Source of the DNA: Paraspadella gotoi
Taxonomy: Eukaryota; Animalia; Chaetognatha
Length of the DNA: 64,000 nucleotides
Assembly (NCBI GenBank): GCA_051294375.1
Contig: CM119264.1
Coordinates: 1,533,923 to 1,597,922, forward strand
Direction of reading: 5' to 3'
The notes under the pieces: model-generated
Databases searched by the model: none
Seen by the model: only the letters and a program-made list of their open reading frames with translations
Told to the model about the DNA's origin: nothing
Translations under genes and position numbers: made by a program
In this document: positions 10,951 to 26,409 of the stretch, piece after piece
How the letters are laid out: every line of letters starts with the position of its first letter
How positions within the stretch are numbered: the first letter of the stretch is position 1

Positions 10951-12699
10951 AGATAGCAGGCGATCAAGCAAGATAGCGAACAAGAAAGCTAGCGAGCAAG
11001 CAAGCAAAGACCTTTTCCGCCAAATGACTCGGGATGCGAACCTTAATGATTGCAGTAACAAAAACGAAGCGAAGAAAAAACAAGAGACTCTGATGAAAGC
11101 AAATGATGACAACCGAGGCGACCAATTTAATGAAATTAACTGGAGCCATCAGGACAGGCGGCGGGGGGAGCGGCGGAGCGGCGGCTGGGCGGCAGAGCGG
11201 CGTGCGGCGGCGTGCGGCGGCGTGCGGCTGCGAACAAGATTGAATTATCTTTGTTCTTCCTTTTGCTTTCTCCCACATCATCCTTGGCTCTTTTGATTAA
11301 ACTCCCTTTTAATTGACAATTACGCCCTCTACATTTATAAAAAAAAAAGATGATTACTAGTTGGCGAATGGCGATGGAATATTTATTGTTTTATTTCGCG
11401 TGGATTAATTAGTTAAATTGGTTTTAGTTTTTATTATCCGGAGAGAGATAAGAAAAAAGGGCTAAAAGAATGAATTAAAAAAGAATCAAAAAGAGAGAAT
11501 TAAAAAGTAATGAGTAATGTTACGCAACAAAGATAGACATTGAGAATAAAAAGAAATTTATTAAATGCATGAGGTAAAAAAAAAAGAAAAAAATATTTTG
11601 TGACCTCGCGTCATATATTTGACCTTTTCAGACGAGTCTTTTCACCTTTCTAGTCGCTTTCTCACGACTTTCTTTCGGCCGAAAACCTCGTCACTTGTTA
11701 TTCGATCTCTGGAAAATATCGGCCGTATGGAACCGTAATTTTTACGGAATCCAAGGATTTTCGTCACGAATTTATTGTACAACACTTATTTGGCTATTTT
11801 TTTACTTATACAAGAATTAACTAATTCACGATTTATTCGTCATTTGGTTTTCGTTTACATCTCTTTGAGATTTAGAAAACCTTGCTCCATGTTAAAGCAA
11901 GTTCATCCGACATCCGACGCCTCGAACGAGCGACCCTGGCAGGCATAGAAGATAATAAACATTTTCTACAGAGAGAGAGNNNNNNNNNNNNNNNNNNNNN
12001 NNNNNNNNNNNNNNNNNNNNNNNNNNNNNNNNNNNNNNNNNNNNNNNNNNNNNNNNNNNNNNNNNNNNNNNNNNNNNNNNNNNNNNNNNNNNNNNNNNNN
12101 NNNNNNNNNNNNNNNNNNNNNNGAGAGAGAGAGAAAGAGAGAGAGAGTGAAGGTCAGCGGCGAAAAACAGCGGATGAAGCGAATCTTAAAATCCCTCGGG
12201 AATCGGCTGCCGACTTGGGTGAGTGGCTGCGTCCCTTGGTAAGGAATGGGTGAGTGGAAATCTCTCTGGGTGAGGAATGAATGAGTGAGTGTCTGCATCC
12301 CTGGTAAAAGAATCGGGCATTGGAATTTTTAAAGAATTCGGCCGTCGAATTTATTTTTTTCCTTACTAATAATATACTAACTTACTAAGGATCTCCACTA
12401 TCTCTGAGCGGCAGTCTCTCTGGGTAAGTAATAAAGCGTTGTAAAAATTATAAATTTAACTTTAATTGAAATTCAAAAAAAATTACAATTTACGCAGTAG
12501 GCCACATTTATACATAGTACTAATCCAATAAATGATGAAATTTCTAAATATTTTTTGGTAAGATTTTTGTTGCAGATTTGCATATAAAAAAATATAACTC
12601 TTTTTTAACAACTCTTTTTTTCTTTAAGTTGGTCAAATATAAAAAAAAACTTATATTTTAAGCTGAAAATGTAAATTTTATGTATTAAATGTAGTTTTG

Positions 12700-13022
12700 A
12701 ATACAAAGAGAAGAGAGATGGTATATAAAAAGAAGAGAGATTGAATATAAAGAGAAGAGATAATGAATATAAAGAGAAGAGAGATGGAATATAAAGAGAA
12801 GAGAGATGGAATATAAAGAGAAGAGAGATGGAATATAAAGAGAAGAGAGATGGAATATAAAGAGAAGAGAGATGGAATATAAAGAGAAGAGAGATGGAAT
12901 ATAAAGAGAAAAGAGAATGAATATAAAGAGAAGAGATAATGAATATAAAGAGAAGAGAGATTGAATATAAAAATAAGAGAGATGGAATATAAAGAGAAGA
13001 GAGAATGAAAATAAAGAGAAGA
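12700..13022. repeat. 22-bp minisatellite (GGAATATAAAGAGAAGAGAGAT)n, ~14 units
   Basis: Units are directly visible; they explain the repetitive ORF 12605..13054. Confidence 0.9.
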
Positions 13023-13156
13023 AAGATTAAAAGTGAATGAAGCTTAAACTTCACACGATGGAGGACGAAGAGAGAATAAGAGTCTTGGGACCTTATTAAG
13101 TCGACGGAGAGAGGGGGGAGAGGAATAGGGGGCGTGGTCCATTATTAGCGACCGAA

Positions 13157-13210
<54 letters not shown>

Positions 13211-13369
13211 GTCTCTCTCTCTCCTTCGCCGTGAGGTGCCAAAACGCTCCGATCGGCGGAAAAGTAGAAAAGGGAGGGGCAAGAGAGAAGAGAGAGAATA
13301 GAGAGAGAGAGAGAGAGAGCCAGAGAGAGAGAGAGGAGAGAGAGGAGGACGAGAGAGAGAGAGCGCAGA

Positions 13370-14473
13370 GAGAGAGACGAGTCAGAGAAGAAGTTGCGCG
13401 TAATTAGTCCCGAAGAGCGAATATGTGAGAAGGAATGGGTATTACGCGATTGGGCGAAAGTTATTGGGTTAGAGCGACTGTGAACTCCACAGTCCACGCT
13501 AGCCCAATCACAGTAAGGCAGGAGCAGGCAAGAAGCCGATTGGCCGAGAGCGCATTTACTAGACAGCCGATTAGGCAAGCAGCGATTGGGTAAGAACAAT
13601 GGTAAAAGAGCGCATCGGTAAGAGGATATTGTAGGAGCAATCGCAAGGTAACGAGCAATTGGGTTAAGACGATTGGTAAGAACAAATGGTTAAAGAGCGA
13701 TTGGGTAAAGAGGCGATATTGTAGAGCTATCGGGTATGAGCGATCTGGCGTAGGAGCGATCGGTAAGAGGCGATGAAGTGAGGCAACGAATGGACAGCGG
13801 GTGAGATACACTCCCTGCTCTCTCTCTCCTCTCTCTCTCTCTCCGACCTGTTTAGGTGGCGAGCGATGCTTTTTCGGAACGGCTGAAGCTCATGCTTGGA
13901 TTAAGAGTTCTCTCTCTCTCTGCTCTTTACTCTCTCTCTCTCTCTCTCTCTTTTCTCTCTCTCTCTCACACTCTTCCAACGCGCGCTCGTGAAAAATTTG
14001 TGAAAAAACATCTTAACGTAGCGAGGAACGATTTTAATGACCTGCTATTTTCCTTCCTTTTCGCAGGGGAGAAAGAAAGAAAGAAGGAAGAAAAAGAAAG
14101 AAAGAGAGAAAGAAAGAAAGAAAAGAAAGAAAGAAGAGAAGAAAGAAAGAAAGAAAGAAAGAAAGACAAGAAAGAAAGAAAGAAAAGAAAGAAAGAGTTT
14201 TTCGTTTTTTTCGCTTTTTCTTCAATGTTTTCTAACTGGCTATTTCTCAGTTTTGGCCAATCAAAACATAAAAGTGTGAAATTAATTTAAATGCAATAGG
14301 TTCAAAATAATAATAATGAAACCAAACCTGAAATTTCCTTTTTAAAATCTTGTTTCGCTTTAAAATTTCGGCGTTCTTCGTTTTTTATTCGTACACCGAA
14401 TTTGTTCGCGCATCTTAATTTCCTTTTCACATTCCATGTTCTTTCAAATTTGAAAAGAGAGAGAAGAGAGAGA

Positions 14474-14534
<61 letters not shown>

Positions 14535-16135
14535 TGAGTGAGTGACAGAGAGAGAGCGTCCCTACCAATAACTTTTACATGGTTGGCTTAATAACTCGAA
14601 GAACCGTCAAATGAGATCCTTTTAAAAAGGAATGGCATACAGCAAGACGGTTTATCAAATCAAGAGTTTACGATTGAAGTTTTAATTTGAGAATCTGTTG
14701 AAATAAAAGAACCTTCCAAATAATTCCATCCTCTTCATGCATTTCAAAGAAATAACCTTTATTTATTTGAGCAAAAAAGCCAATGATTTCTTGTTCTAAT
14801 AAAAAGGACCTTTTTTCATTTAAATGAAACAAATGACAACAAAATGACAACCAATGACAACAAAATGACACATGACTTTCCTTAAAGAAACTTATAATTC
14901 ACAGAAATTTCAAAAAACAAATATTTAACTTTTCCGCCGAATAATAAAACAAGTTCGGTCCATTCCAACGGTGTTGCCTCCGCAGTCAACTTTCTTTCAC
15001 GTGTGGATCACATGACTACCTGAACTAGGAAATTTAATGTATACAACGTATTTTATATTGTATTTGTATTTTATGCACACCCACTGCATTCATAGTTTTA
15101 GGATTTCCTGAAGGCGGAAGGCGCCATGCAGTTTTTTCCGGTCTTAAAAATGAATCAACCAAGGTCGAGGCTAAGTAAAAGCATTTTTAATATAAGTGGG
15201 GACCAGAACGACGGAAACACAGACTCGACCGAACGATCCGACCGACCGACGCGACCGACCGACGCGACCGACGCGACCGACCCGACCGACCGACCGAACG
15301 GACCGACGGACCGACCGACCGACCGACGCGAACCGATCCGACCGAACGAACCCGACCGACCGACCGACCGACCGAACCGCCGAACGAGACCGACCCGACC
15401 GACCGACCGACCGACTCGACCGACCGAAAGACCGACCGAGCACGACGGACCGACCCGACCGACGCGAACGACCCGGAGCCGACCGGTACCGACTCGACCG
15501 GACGCGACCGATCCGAGCCGGACCGACCGACCGACCGACCGACCGACCGACTCACCGACCAACCAGACCGACCAGAATAGTGGGACTTATATAGTTGCTT
15601 CCGCGAGTACATGCGCGGGAAAATAAGTAAATGACTCGGACTGACAAAGCAATACACACAGTATCTTTTAAAGGCACACCTTGGAACCTTCTCTTTTTAC
15701 AACTCACATATCCCGTCTCAGCATTTATACCCACAATCACATCCTCACTTCTGACGCTTTACCTCTTCCATACCCGCTTCTAATTCCACACTTCTTTTCC
15801 TACACTCCTTTCCCACTCTCCTTTGCCCACAACTTCCTATCCCGCGCACTCCTCTTACCACACTACTTTCTCACAACTCCATTTCCCACAGTCCATCGCC
15901 ACAGTTCGACTCTGCAATTTACTGCGACGTCGACATATTCGCAACGTCCCTCGCACGGCAGTACGACATGGCAAGGTCGTGCGTGCACACGGTTTTTGCG
16001 CACGCAGGTGGGCGGGGCCGAAACGCAGCGCGGAGAGAAGACCCACCGTCTTGAGCATACGGCGTCCTTGTTTTGAGGCCGCGAGAGATGAGAGAAAAAG
16101 AGAGAGCAGAGAGAGAAGAGAGAGAGAAAGAAAGA

Positions 16136-16190
<55 letters not shown>

Positions 16191-17141
16191 TAAGAAAGAG
16201 GAGAGAGAGAGAGAGAGACGAAGAGAGAGACGGAGATAGAGAGACGAGAGAGAGACAGATGAGAGAGAGACGAGAGAGAAAGAGAAGAGAGATGAGAGAG
16301 AGGAGAGAGAAGAGAGAGACAAGACGCTTTCATTCCACACTTCGATTCACACATTTCACGTCTCGTCTTTTAATGAAAGTCTCGACGTCGAATTGCGGCC
16401 GATCAACTCAAAAAGAGAAGGCCCTTTTCGTGAGGGGGGCACTTATAAAGAGAGGGCCGCCCTCAAAAGGTGGAGGGGGGCGCAGGTGCCTTACTAAGAT
16501 AAGGGGGGCCCATGAAAGGAGGTCCTCTTGGCTTCTTACGGGATAGGAGCGCCACTTTTTAATTATTACAATAAATTGAATTAAATTAAATTAAATTTTA
16601 TTTTTTTTAAATTAAATTAAATAAATTAAATTTAAATTAAATTAAAATATTAAATATTAAAACCATTAATTATATCGTACTTATAATTATTGAAATATTG
16701 AACAAAATAAGTAATTATGTACTAATTTGTTATTTTAACAAGTAACTTAAAAGAAATATGAAAACAATCTATTATTACAAAATTCATAGTATTCGCTCTT
16801 TGATATGATTACATAGTTGCTTACTCATCATATATTAAACTCTGCGCCAGTTGCTTACTGGCGTTATCAATGGCTATTCGAGATTTAGGGATGAGTTGGC
16901 TTAGGTTGAAAGCCAGTCTATCCGGATGTTATGAGTGATGAGGGGGTTGAGGGATAGAGAGTCATGGTTTTAAATTGGGAGAGGGAGAGGGAGATGGGAG
17001 AGGGGAAAGGGAGAGGTAGAGGGAGTAGGAGAGAGGGGAGAGAGGAGAGACCGAGTTGAAGGTGGAAATCGAAAGGCCGACGTTTAAAAAAGAGGGAGGA
17101 ATTTCATTAGCATTATCCGAAAGAAAGACGGACGAAACGGG

Positions 17142-17227
<86 letters not shown>

Positions 17228-17420
17228 GGGTGGAGAAAGAGAGGTAAAAAAAATCGGGGGATGTATTGTTTAGTTCATTCCAAAATGAAAAAAGAGAAAG
17301 AAGTAAGAGAAGAAGAAAAGAAAAGAAGCAAAGAGATGCTTGCCAAAAAATGTAACATTAAAAGAAAAATGATCAAGTTTCAGGTCGAGAAAGAGGAGGA
17401 AGAGAGAGCGAAAGAGAGAG

Positions 17421-17484
<64 letters not shown>

Positions 17485-18735
17485 GAGAAGCGAGAGAGAG
17501 AGAGAGAGAGAGAGAGCTTAACGAAAGAAGAAAGATTCTTTTTTTATTATGCGAATAAATTGGGCGCTTCCTACAGTATTGCTCTATTGCCGAGCCATCG
17601 CCCGGCCCGTTAAAAACCTTCTCACTCTCCTCTCCTAAATGCTCTTTTGACTACTGTCTCTATCATCTCCCTCTCCTCGGATCTAATAGAGGTGCAATGA
17701 TCGAGGTCCTTCGGTCTGGCATCGAATCAACAATAACATAAAAGGCAAGAAAAATGACAAAGAGACTAAAGATGAAGGAGCGGGTGAAAAGGTGATAGCG
17801 AGGGCGTCTCTCATCTCAAATCTCTTTCTATCTCCCTCCACCTTCTCTTCTCCCTCTCTCTCCTCCCTCTCCCATATCGGTCCCTCACTCCAACTCTTCC
17901 TTCATTTCATTCATGCATCCTCCTCTCTCTCACTCCCTCTTCTCTCTCTCCTCTCCTCTCCTTCTCTCTCATCTCTCGTCTCTCTCTCTCGTCTCTCTCT
18001 CCTCCTCATTTTTCCCCACTCCTCTCTATATTTGCCAACTGTCTTTCCTCCCATTAGAATGGCGACCTTTCGTCCAAGATGTTGACGTCTCGTCATTTTC
18101 TCAATCTAACGGTCTCTGTTCTCTGTCATTGCTTTTTTAACTTCAACTTCCTTTTCTCTTTATTTCCCATTTTTCTTCTCTCAATCCTTGTTATATTTCT
18201 TTCGTCCTTGTCGCTTTGTCTTCTCTCTCTCATCTCTCTCTGTCTCTCTCATCTCTCTCTCTCTCTCGTCGAAATCTCTCTCTCTTCTCTCTCTCTCTCT
18301 CTTCATCTCCTCTTTCTCTCTCTTTTTTTTCTTCTTTTTTTTTCAATTCCTTAAGATCAGAGACGAGGTTTATTTTGACGAAGTCTCGCCAGCTCGTGAC
18401 TTCGATAAATTCTCTTCTTCTCTCTCATCTCTCTTCTCTCTCTCTCTCCCCGGTTCTCTCCCTACTCTTCCTCATTCTCTCTCTCTCCCTCTTTCTCTCT
18501 TCTCTGCTCATGGCACGTGATCTAAAAGCATTCGAATTAAAGATGCTATGTCCCTCCCGGAACTATTTTCTTTAGCTTCGGCATATTTTTAGGCTTTTTT
18601 ATTTATCCCTTTTTCTTTGTCCTTCTTACTCTTTAGTCTTAACGGATATTTTATCCATAAATATTCCATTCTATGGGTATTTTTGCAGACAATTTGTTAG
18701 ATAAAGCCAAACTTTTTAAATTATCATTCTCTCTC

Positions 18736-18766
<31 letters not shown>

Positions 18767-21700
18767 CAAATCGATCGTAACGCTGTATCAGGAAACAAAA
18801 AAAGAAACCCTCCCGTCGAGTATTTACGCTTTCATTTCCATTTCGTCGCCGCATTTTGTTTGAAAAACGAATACGCTTCCTGATTGGGCAAAATTTTTCG
18901 TCCCAAGATCTCTGATTGGACGTCCTTCCCGATTTTTTCCTGCATCCCTACTTTATGTGTTGTCCAAACCAAGCGAAGCGTGGATTGGCCTTCGAATCTC
19001 GCTTCCTCATTGGTCAACTTTCGTTTAAACACAACAAACGTTATCTTTGAGAATTTCGTGTATTCGAACGAAGGAGATGATTTGTCCGAGGCTAAGACAG
19101 AAGAAACCGCACGCTGATTGGTCGAGTTATGAAGAAGTAAAAGAAATAGGCACGCGCTTCTGATTGGGTCGAGGAATGGGGTCGGTTAAAGAATAATCGT
19201 GGGTCTGATTGAGCCGAGGCATAAGGGGGAAAGAGAAGTCTGGACTGATTGGGCCGGAGGATGGGGTTGAGAGAGAAAGTCTAGCTCTGATTGGGGATCT
19301 CGAAAGGCATGGGTTGAGAGAGAAATTTGCTGTCTAGATTTGCCGAGGCATGGGGTTGAAGAGTAAAGGTGCGCGCTCTGAATTGGTCAAGGCATGGGAA
19401 ATCGGAGAAGAGAAAGTAGAGCTCCGATTGGTCAAGGCGTGAGTATGGGAGGAGAAAAGTCCCGCGTCTGATTAGGTCGTTTTCCTCGGAAGAAACAGAT
19501 TGAGAATGAGGAATAAAGGATGTGGATTATTCTCTCTGTGGAGTAAAACGAAGTGGCATCAGAAGTACGCGAGCTCTCTCTCGCACGCACGCACGACGAG
19601 AAACTGACGACGACGTAAACGTCCAATGTTTTTTGTTTTTTCTCTCATCTCCTGCTCTCTCTGTCTCTTCTCTCTTCTCTCTCTACTCCTTCTCTCTTCT
19701 CTCTTTCTCATCTCTCTCTCTCCTCTCTCACTCTCTCTCATCCAGTCTCTCTCTCCTCGCTTCTCTCTCTTCTTTCTTCCTCTCATCCCCTCTCTCTCTC
19801 TTCCTCTTTCATACCTCAATCTACCTACTCGAATCTCTCTCTTGTAAAAATAGGTAAATAAAAGGCGAATGTCTATGAGAACTATCCGCGGATTCCGAAA
19901 GGGGAGAGGAGAGGGAGAGGGGGGGAGAGAGAGGAGAGAGAGAGAGGAGAGAGAGAGAGAAGAGGAGAAAAGCTAGCTTAATATGGTAAGGCTATTTTCT
20001 ACCGATTTCTTAATTTATGCAAAAAATGTGGCCGTTTCGTAGCTGAACTCGTTGCAGTAAGAGAGAGAGACCAGAGAAATAGCAAGGAGAGAGAAAGAGA
20101 GAGAGAGAGGGGAGAGAGAAGAAGAGAGAGAGAGAGAGAGAGAGAGAGGAGGAGAGAGGACCCACCCACCTCCAAATGAACTTACGCCTTAATTACAGAC
20201 TCCCGCTGACCATCGGCGATATGTCCCGTTCGATCTGCCCACGAGACAAAACTTCGGCGGCAAGAAGACATTCGTTCTTGTAGGTTTTTCCGTCGAGGCG
20301 CAGACTGGCATCGTAATTTCGGCGCAGTCCCCTGTTGAAGGCAAATTCAATTAATCAATCAATTAATCAATCTCTAACATCCAACAATCAATCTTTTTCT
20401 CAATCTATCAATCAAATCAATCAAATCGATCTTCTCAATCATTTTATAATCATCAATTAAATTAATCAAGTCATAATAAAAATAGATAACTCAACTAATT
20501 CAATTCATGCCATTTGTTTTCTTTTCATTCAAATAGTCCTTCTATGAAAGAACAATATTTCATCAATTTCTCTTCTGACTAGATTATCACGAACAAACGT
20601 TGATTGACTTCTAGTTTAATGAACGAATTATAATATAGAATCACTAAACGACACGTCATGTTTTTATTTTCTCCCCTGTTCGGCCGATTCCTTCATACCC
20701 CGATAATATTTATCGCATTAAACTTAGTTGGCAGTCGTAATAAACAGCCATCATATTTAAAAGGAAACCTAATTAATCACAAAAACTATCATTTGATTGA
20801 CATTATTGCCCATCTGCCTTTCCTCTTTCTCTCTCTCTCCTCTCTCTTCTCTCTCTTCATTTTTTGTCTCTCTCTCTCTCTCTCTCTCTTCTCATCTCTC
20901 GTTCTCTCTCTCTCTCTCTCTCAGCACTGTCCGACATGCTGCAAACTGGTTTCTGTTCTCGTCGATTGACAAAATTTGTTGTCCCGACATAGCGACGTCG
21001 AGGCAAGGATCTGGAAGAGAAGAGAAGTGTGGTGATGACTTTTATGTGCTGAGTGAATGAATGAAGTGAATGTGAATGAATGAATAAATGGAATGAAATG
21101 AATGAATGAATGACTGTTACTTTATAAATTTTTGATACTGGAATGAATGAATGAATGATTTGTTTAAATATTTTGCTTGTGAATGATTGATTGATGAACG
21201 AAAAACTAAAAAATATGAATGAATCAATAATTTAATAATTAATTAATAAAATAACTAATAATGCGATAATTCAATTGAGTGAATGCGTTTATCGCATAAA
21301 ATTAGAAAAATACTAAATTCTTATAAATAGTTTTAATGCTAAGTAAGATTTGTGTGCCTTTCGTGATTCCTAACTCAGCCGAGAAGAAAATTTCTTTTTG
21401 TTCTTCATATCATTTTTTGTCGATTGATCTTAACCTGTTTACTCTTCAAGTACGGATTTATACCAAAGAATATTGGCCTTTTGTAGGGAAGTAAAAAATA
21501 AGAACAAGTTAGAAAATAAAAAATATTGTATAAAATATAAAATCAGCGCAAATTGTTGAAATAAAAAAATCAATAATGTATTGGCATGATTCTGCGATCT
21601 GATTTTTCCCTGACGAATGACTCGGGAATTACGTGAACGGTTTGTAGAAATTGGGCGCTAATTTTCGACAGCGCCCCGTTTCTTAAACTTACTTTTAATC

Positions 21701-23110
21701 TTATATCTAAATTAAGGTTTGTTTTTTTAAATACTTTCGCAAATCTTTAAAATCCACCGAACAATTTTTAGAAAAAGAAGTCGACGTGAATTCTTTCTAG
21801 ACGAGTTTATAGTTTTCGTCTCCAACGCCGAGAGTCCGAGACTTGGATTACCCTGGTACCTCGGTCACGTGATTTAAAATTCCATCGTCGCATTCGTTTT
21901 TTGCTCAGAACCAAGTCGAAGACGCGGATGAAACGACGACGATACACGACGACGTCGCCGTGACGAAGATGAAGATGATGTCGGACGCGGATGAAGACGA
22001 CGACCGACGATGATGAAGATGACGAATAACGACGACACGCGACGACGACGACGAAGTTGAAGATGACGATAACGACGACGACGATGATTGCCTCAAGTCT
22101 TTTCTCACTCTGGGATTCTGGGTTTCGACCGAAGCTTCAGCTCAGCTCAGCTTCAGCTCAGAAATATATCTAGAATAATCCGAAAGTAAATATATCAGAG
22201 TTTACGCCAAGCTTTTTCGGCGGCGCTCGTTTCTGTTTCTGATCAGCGCATCGTGGGATTAAAAGTCATTCAAGAGATCGCACTTTTGAATCATCTCCAA
22301 GTGCGAGCAAAAAAGTCCTGAAAAAAAAAGGCCGACCCAACTTTCTCCGACGGCGAACCCGAGGGTCCGACATTGCAATCCAAAAATAGAATAAAACTGT
22401 AATATAATGTACGGCGACGCATAATTTCTTTGTGTTTATTCAAATTGCTTATACTGTTTTTTTAACTGTCGATTGTCGACGTTAAAACGCTGGTATATTT
22501 TAAAATCATGAAGCTTGTCGTAATATTTTTATATTTTAGACAATACTATATTTATTTGACCAGGGGGGTGAAGAAAATAGTACGACCACGCCTGCCTATA
22601 ATTTCCGTCTCTCTCTTTCTCTCTTACCATTTCGCACTTTTTTTTTTTTTTTTTTTTTTTTTTATTTTTTTTTTTTTGAAGGGGGAGAAGCGAGGGTAGG
22701 GGGGAAGCGAACTATCTGTGTCGCGTTCAGACCAAGAGATTTTCACAACCGATCATTTTTTAAATGATTTTTATATTCAAGAATTTTGGGAGAGAGATGA
22801 GACGAATATTTAGGATCCTAATTCTATATCATGAAGAAACGTCCGTTCCTGATTCGAAATCCGTTTTACGGTTTCCGATGGATATTTTTTTGATCAAGAA
22901 GCACATGTTAAACAGTTCGAGCGGAGACTTTTGGAAAGATAGTCTCCATTAGCGTGAAAGTAAACACTCACAGTGATTATGACGACGACGACGAAGATGA
23001 AGATGAAGACGACGACGACGACGACGACGACGGACGACTAGCAGGGCGAATCGAGGTAAGATTCTCCAGAGATCAACGTCGATTACGGCTCTGCACTGCT
23101 CATTCATGCA

Positions 23111-23151
<41 letters not shown>

Positions 23152-25853
23152 CTCTCTCTCTCGCTCTCCTTCTCTTACTCCATGTAATAATTTTTTTTTC
23201 TCCCCGATTCAATGCAACTTTCTATCCTGTTGATGACAGCAATTTCCTCTGTTTATGCCCAGTTTTTTTTCGTCGGACGAGAAATAAACTAAAAAATTCG
23301 GCGCAAAGAAGAATCGCACCTTTGAACATGAGAATGAACTCTGAGGTTTGGAAAGAAAAAAGGAGCAAGAGAGAAAAAGACAAAATAAAGGAAAAGAGAA
23401 GTAGAAAAATATAGAGAAAAGAATTAGGAGGAAAAGTAATAGGAAAAAAGAAAAGGCAAGAAGAAACAAAAAAGAAGAAAGTTTTTTTACAAAATTGAAA
23501 AATGGAGATGAAATTGAAAAAATAAGAAAGAAAGGTAATTCCGTTAAAATAAATTTCGGCCAAAATTTTGTGAATGGTGATTACGTCATTCTTTAGTTCT
23601 GATAAAGTCTATTTTAGATATTTAATATTTTGACGATTTCTTAAATATCATTTGCATATTGCAGTCGCAGTATCTAATTTTTGTTAATTTCAATGATTTT
23701 GGATCGGGTCTGTTATGAATAAGCTAAAAATAAATTATTTTTTATGTTTCAAGATTATGTTTAAGATTAGAATATGGATTAGGTATCATCATTACGAATA
23801 CGGTTATAGATTAGCGTAATGGGATTCGAGTTTGAAATGGGGTCATAGTTAAGGATTTCCGTCATTGATTGTGCAATGGATTTATTAGGAAATATAGATT
23901 AGGAAATTAGGGTCGAGACCATTTAGGAATCAGAAAAAGAAATGAGAAGTTTTTGGAAAATAGTGACAAAATCCAAGGCTCCTTCTCTTTGACAAAACAA
24001 TACATATTGTAACTGACGATGACAACCAATTTACTTCCGACCAGAAATTCAATCGAGAAAAAAAATTCTCTTTCGATTTTTCCGTCGCTAAACATAAAAT
24101 AAGAAAAGAGGAAGAGATGATGACGATGACGATGATGATGATGATTAAATCGTTGATTAATTCCGTCGTAAAATCTCAAGACTGCGGATTCTCTCGACGA
24201 ATCAATCGCAAGAAAATCTCAGATTGGTTTTTGGACCCGGACTAAATCATTAAAGACTGATGACAGCGGAATGGTTTACCTCAACCACGAGGCGGTTACG
24301 GTCGTCTTCACGCTTCTCACAGGGTAGGAACCATTCAGGATGATCCCGGTACCTAAGGGTCACTAGCTGATGGTACCAGTTCACGCTCACTCCGGCGTTA
24401 TGCTTATAGGTTGCATAGCACGACTACAAATCTTTATTTATTTCGGCCCTATTTAATTTGAGTATAAATGGATGACCCTGGCCTGAATCAACCACAGTCT
24501 TGCTGAATCAATCACAGTCTTGGCCTAAGTCTTCTAGTACCGACTCTGCCATAGAATCATATTTGACCTAAAGCTGAATCCTCTGTGAAGGGCTTTTGCG
24601 GGATCAACTGTCTTTTCTCAGACTGTCCATAATTTTTTTTATGAAATCGGTACAACCAATATACAAATTTTCATTCATTTAATAAACATTTAAACAAGCT
24701 ACTTGACCCGACTTTGACAGGCTTTGGTGGTTCAATTCACCATATAATTTGCTAATTACATGTAAACAATTCGTTATAACTATGACCGTAATCTTCACTG
24801 ATTTTCTCTCATGGTTGGTCTTCGTAGTGGTCACGTTTATCGTGATGTGGCGAGAATAGATTCGGCGTTGAGTTTCGAACGTGAGAAAAATTCCAAGATT
24901 TCTTTCTTTCCCTCATTCGTCATTTTTCTTTCCGCTTTTGCTACTTTTCCTTTCTTGTTTCCTTTTTGTCTTTTCTTTTCCTCCTTTTTCTTTCCTTGTC
25001 CTCCTTTTTCTTTCCTTTTCCTTCTTTTTCTTTTCTTATTCTCTCCTTTTTTAATTCTCTTCTTTCTCACTTCTTCTTTTTCTTTTCTCTTCCTCTTTTT
25101 TCTTTCCTCTTCTCCTTTTTCTTTCTTCTCCTCTTTTCTTGTTTAATTCCTCTCTTTCCCCTTCTTCTTTCTTTTCTCTTCCTTCCTTTTTCTTTTCTCT
25201 TCCTCCTTTTTTTCTCCTTTTTCCTTTTTCTAACATCTTCCTCCTTCTTCCTCTTCTTCCTTTTCCTTTCTTCTCCCCTTCCTCCTTTCTCTTTCTCCCT
25301 TTCTCCTTTTCCTTCTTTTTTTTCTCTTTTTCCTTTCCATATTTCTCTCAAATTCCCCTTTTTTCTTCCTTCCTCCCTTTCTTTTCTTTCCTTCTTTTTT
25401 CTTCTTCTCAATTTCTCTCTCCCTCTCCTTTTCCTTTCCCTTCTTCTTTCTTCCCTTCCTCCTTTTTCGATTTATTAATCTCTCTATCTCCATCTCAGTC
25501 ATTCACCTTTTTTGTGGCTTTTTCTCTTCTTTTTATTAATTTTTTCTCATTTTTCCATAATGACTATCCGTCTGTCCATCTTTCTCTCTTTAGACCGTCT
25601 GTAAGGGCGTTCCTACCGCTCATCTGAAAGATGTGTTACGTACATGCTAAATATGGACAATAGATGATTGTAAAAAATATGAATTTTCATAAAACATACG
25701 GTGGATTTCCTACACAGTACACTCAATTATTTTGAGTCAAAATTAGTAAAAATGTATAATAAAATGAAAGTCTCTTTTTCGACTTCAGATCTAATTATGG
25801 AAAACAAAACTTGTCAACAATTTTTCGAGGGCTCCCAAACGGGACACCTGGAA

Positions 25854-25947
<94 letters not shown>

Positions 25948-26214
25948 CAGAGATAACAGAGGAGAGAGAGACAGTGAGACAGTGAGACAGAGAGAGCCGG
26001 ACAGACAAACCGAGAAAATTTCGAAAACAAGAACGGCAACTTATCCAGAGAGAGTACGCACGTACGTCTGTGAAGCGGATTAAGCTCAGGTGTGAACACC
26101 TTTTCCCCATTTCCCTCCCTTCCTTCTTCAACCTCCCTCCTTTATATCACAACCTGTCCTCTTCCTCTCTCCACACATTTCTCCCTTTCTCCCTCACACC
26201 TCCCCTTTCTCTCT
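13370..26214 (+). repeat. Large near-tandem duplication, copy A
   Basis: Collinear with 26255-41440 throughout, for example 13381 GTCAGAGAAGAAGTTGCGCGTAATTAGTCC vs 26268 GTCAGAGACAGAAGTTCGTAATTAGTCC, 22949 vs 38069 and 25960 vs 41170. Ends at the 25-N gap 26215-26239. Confidence 0.95.
14947..15623 (-). mobile_element. Family A element with an expanded (CCGA)n/(GTCG)n tract
   Basis: Reverse-complement homology to 2370-2654 at both ends, with a ~350-bp CCGA tract at 15225-15575. Confidence 0.75.
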
Positions 26215-26239
26215 NNNNNNNNNNNNNNNNNNNNNNNNN

Positions 26240-26273
<34 letters not shown>

Positions 26274-26409
26274 GACAGAAGTTCGTAATTAGTCCGAAGA
26301 GCGATTATGTGAGAAGGAATGGGTATTAGCGATTGGGCGAAAGTTATTGGGTTAGAGCGACTGTGAACTCCACAGTCCCCCTAGCCCAATCACAGTAAGG
26401 AGGAGAGGC

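Noticed and set aside
10108-11112. 334-aa ORF and the many other S/L/F- or R/E/K-rich ORFs in the track
   Set aside because: These are translations of GA/CT microsatellites and polypurine tracts, which lack stop codons by composition; no domain signal.
15126-15657. PTDR/SVGR-repeat proteins (also 28007-28554)
   Set aside because: Translations of the (CCGA)n tract inside family A elements.
21605-21660. Hammerhead ribozyme cores (CTGANGA at ~1820, 11090, 21610, 24258, 30297)
   Set aside because: I could not find the required flanking stems with a correctly placed GAAA.
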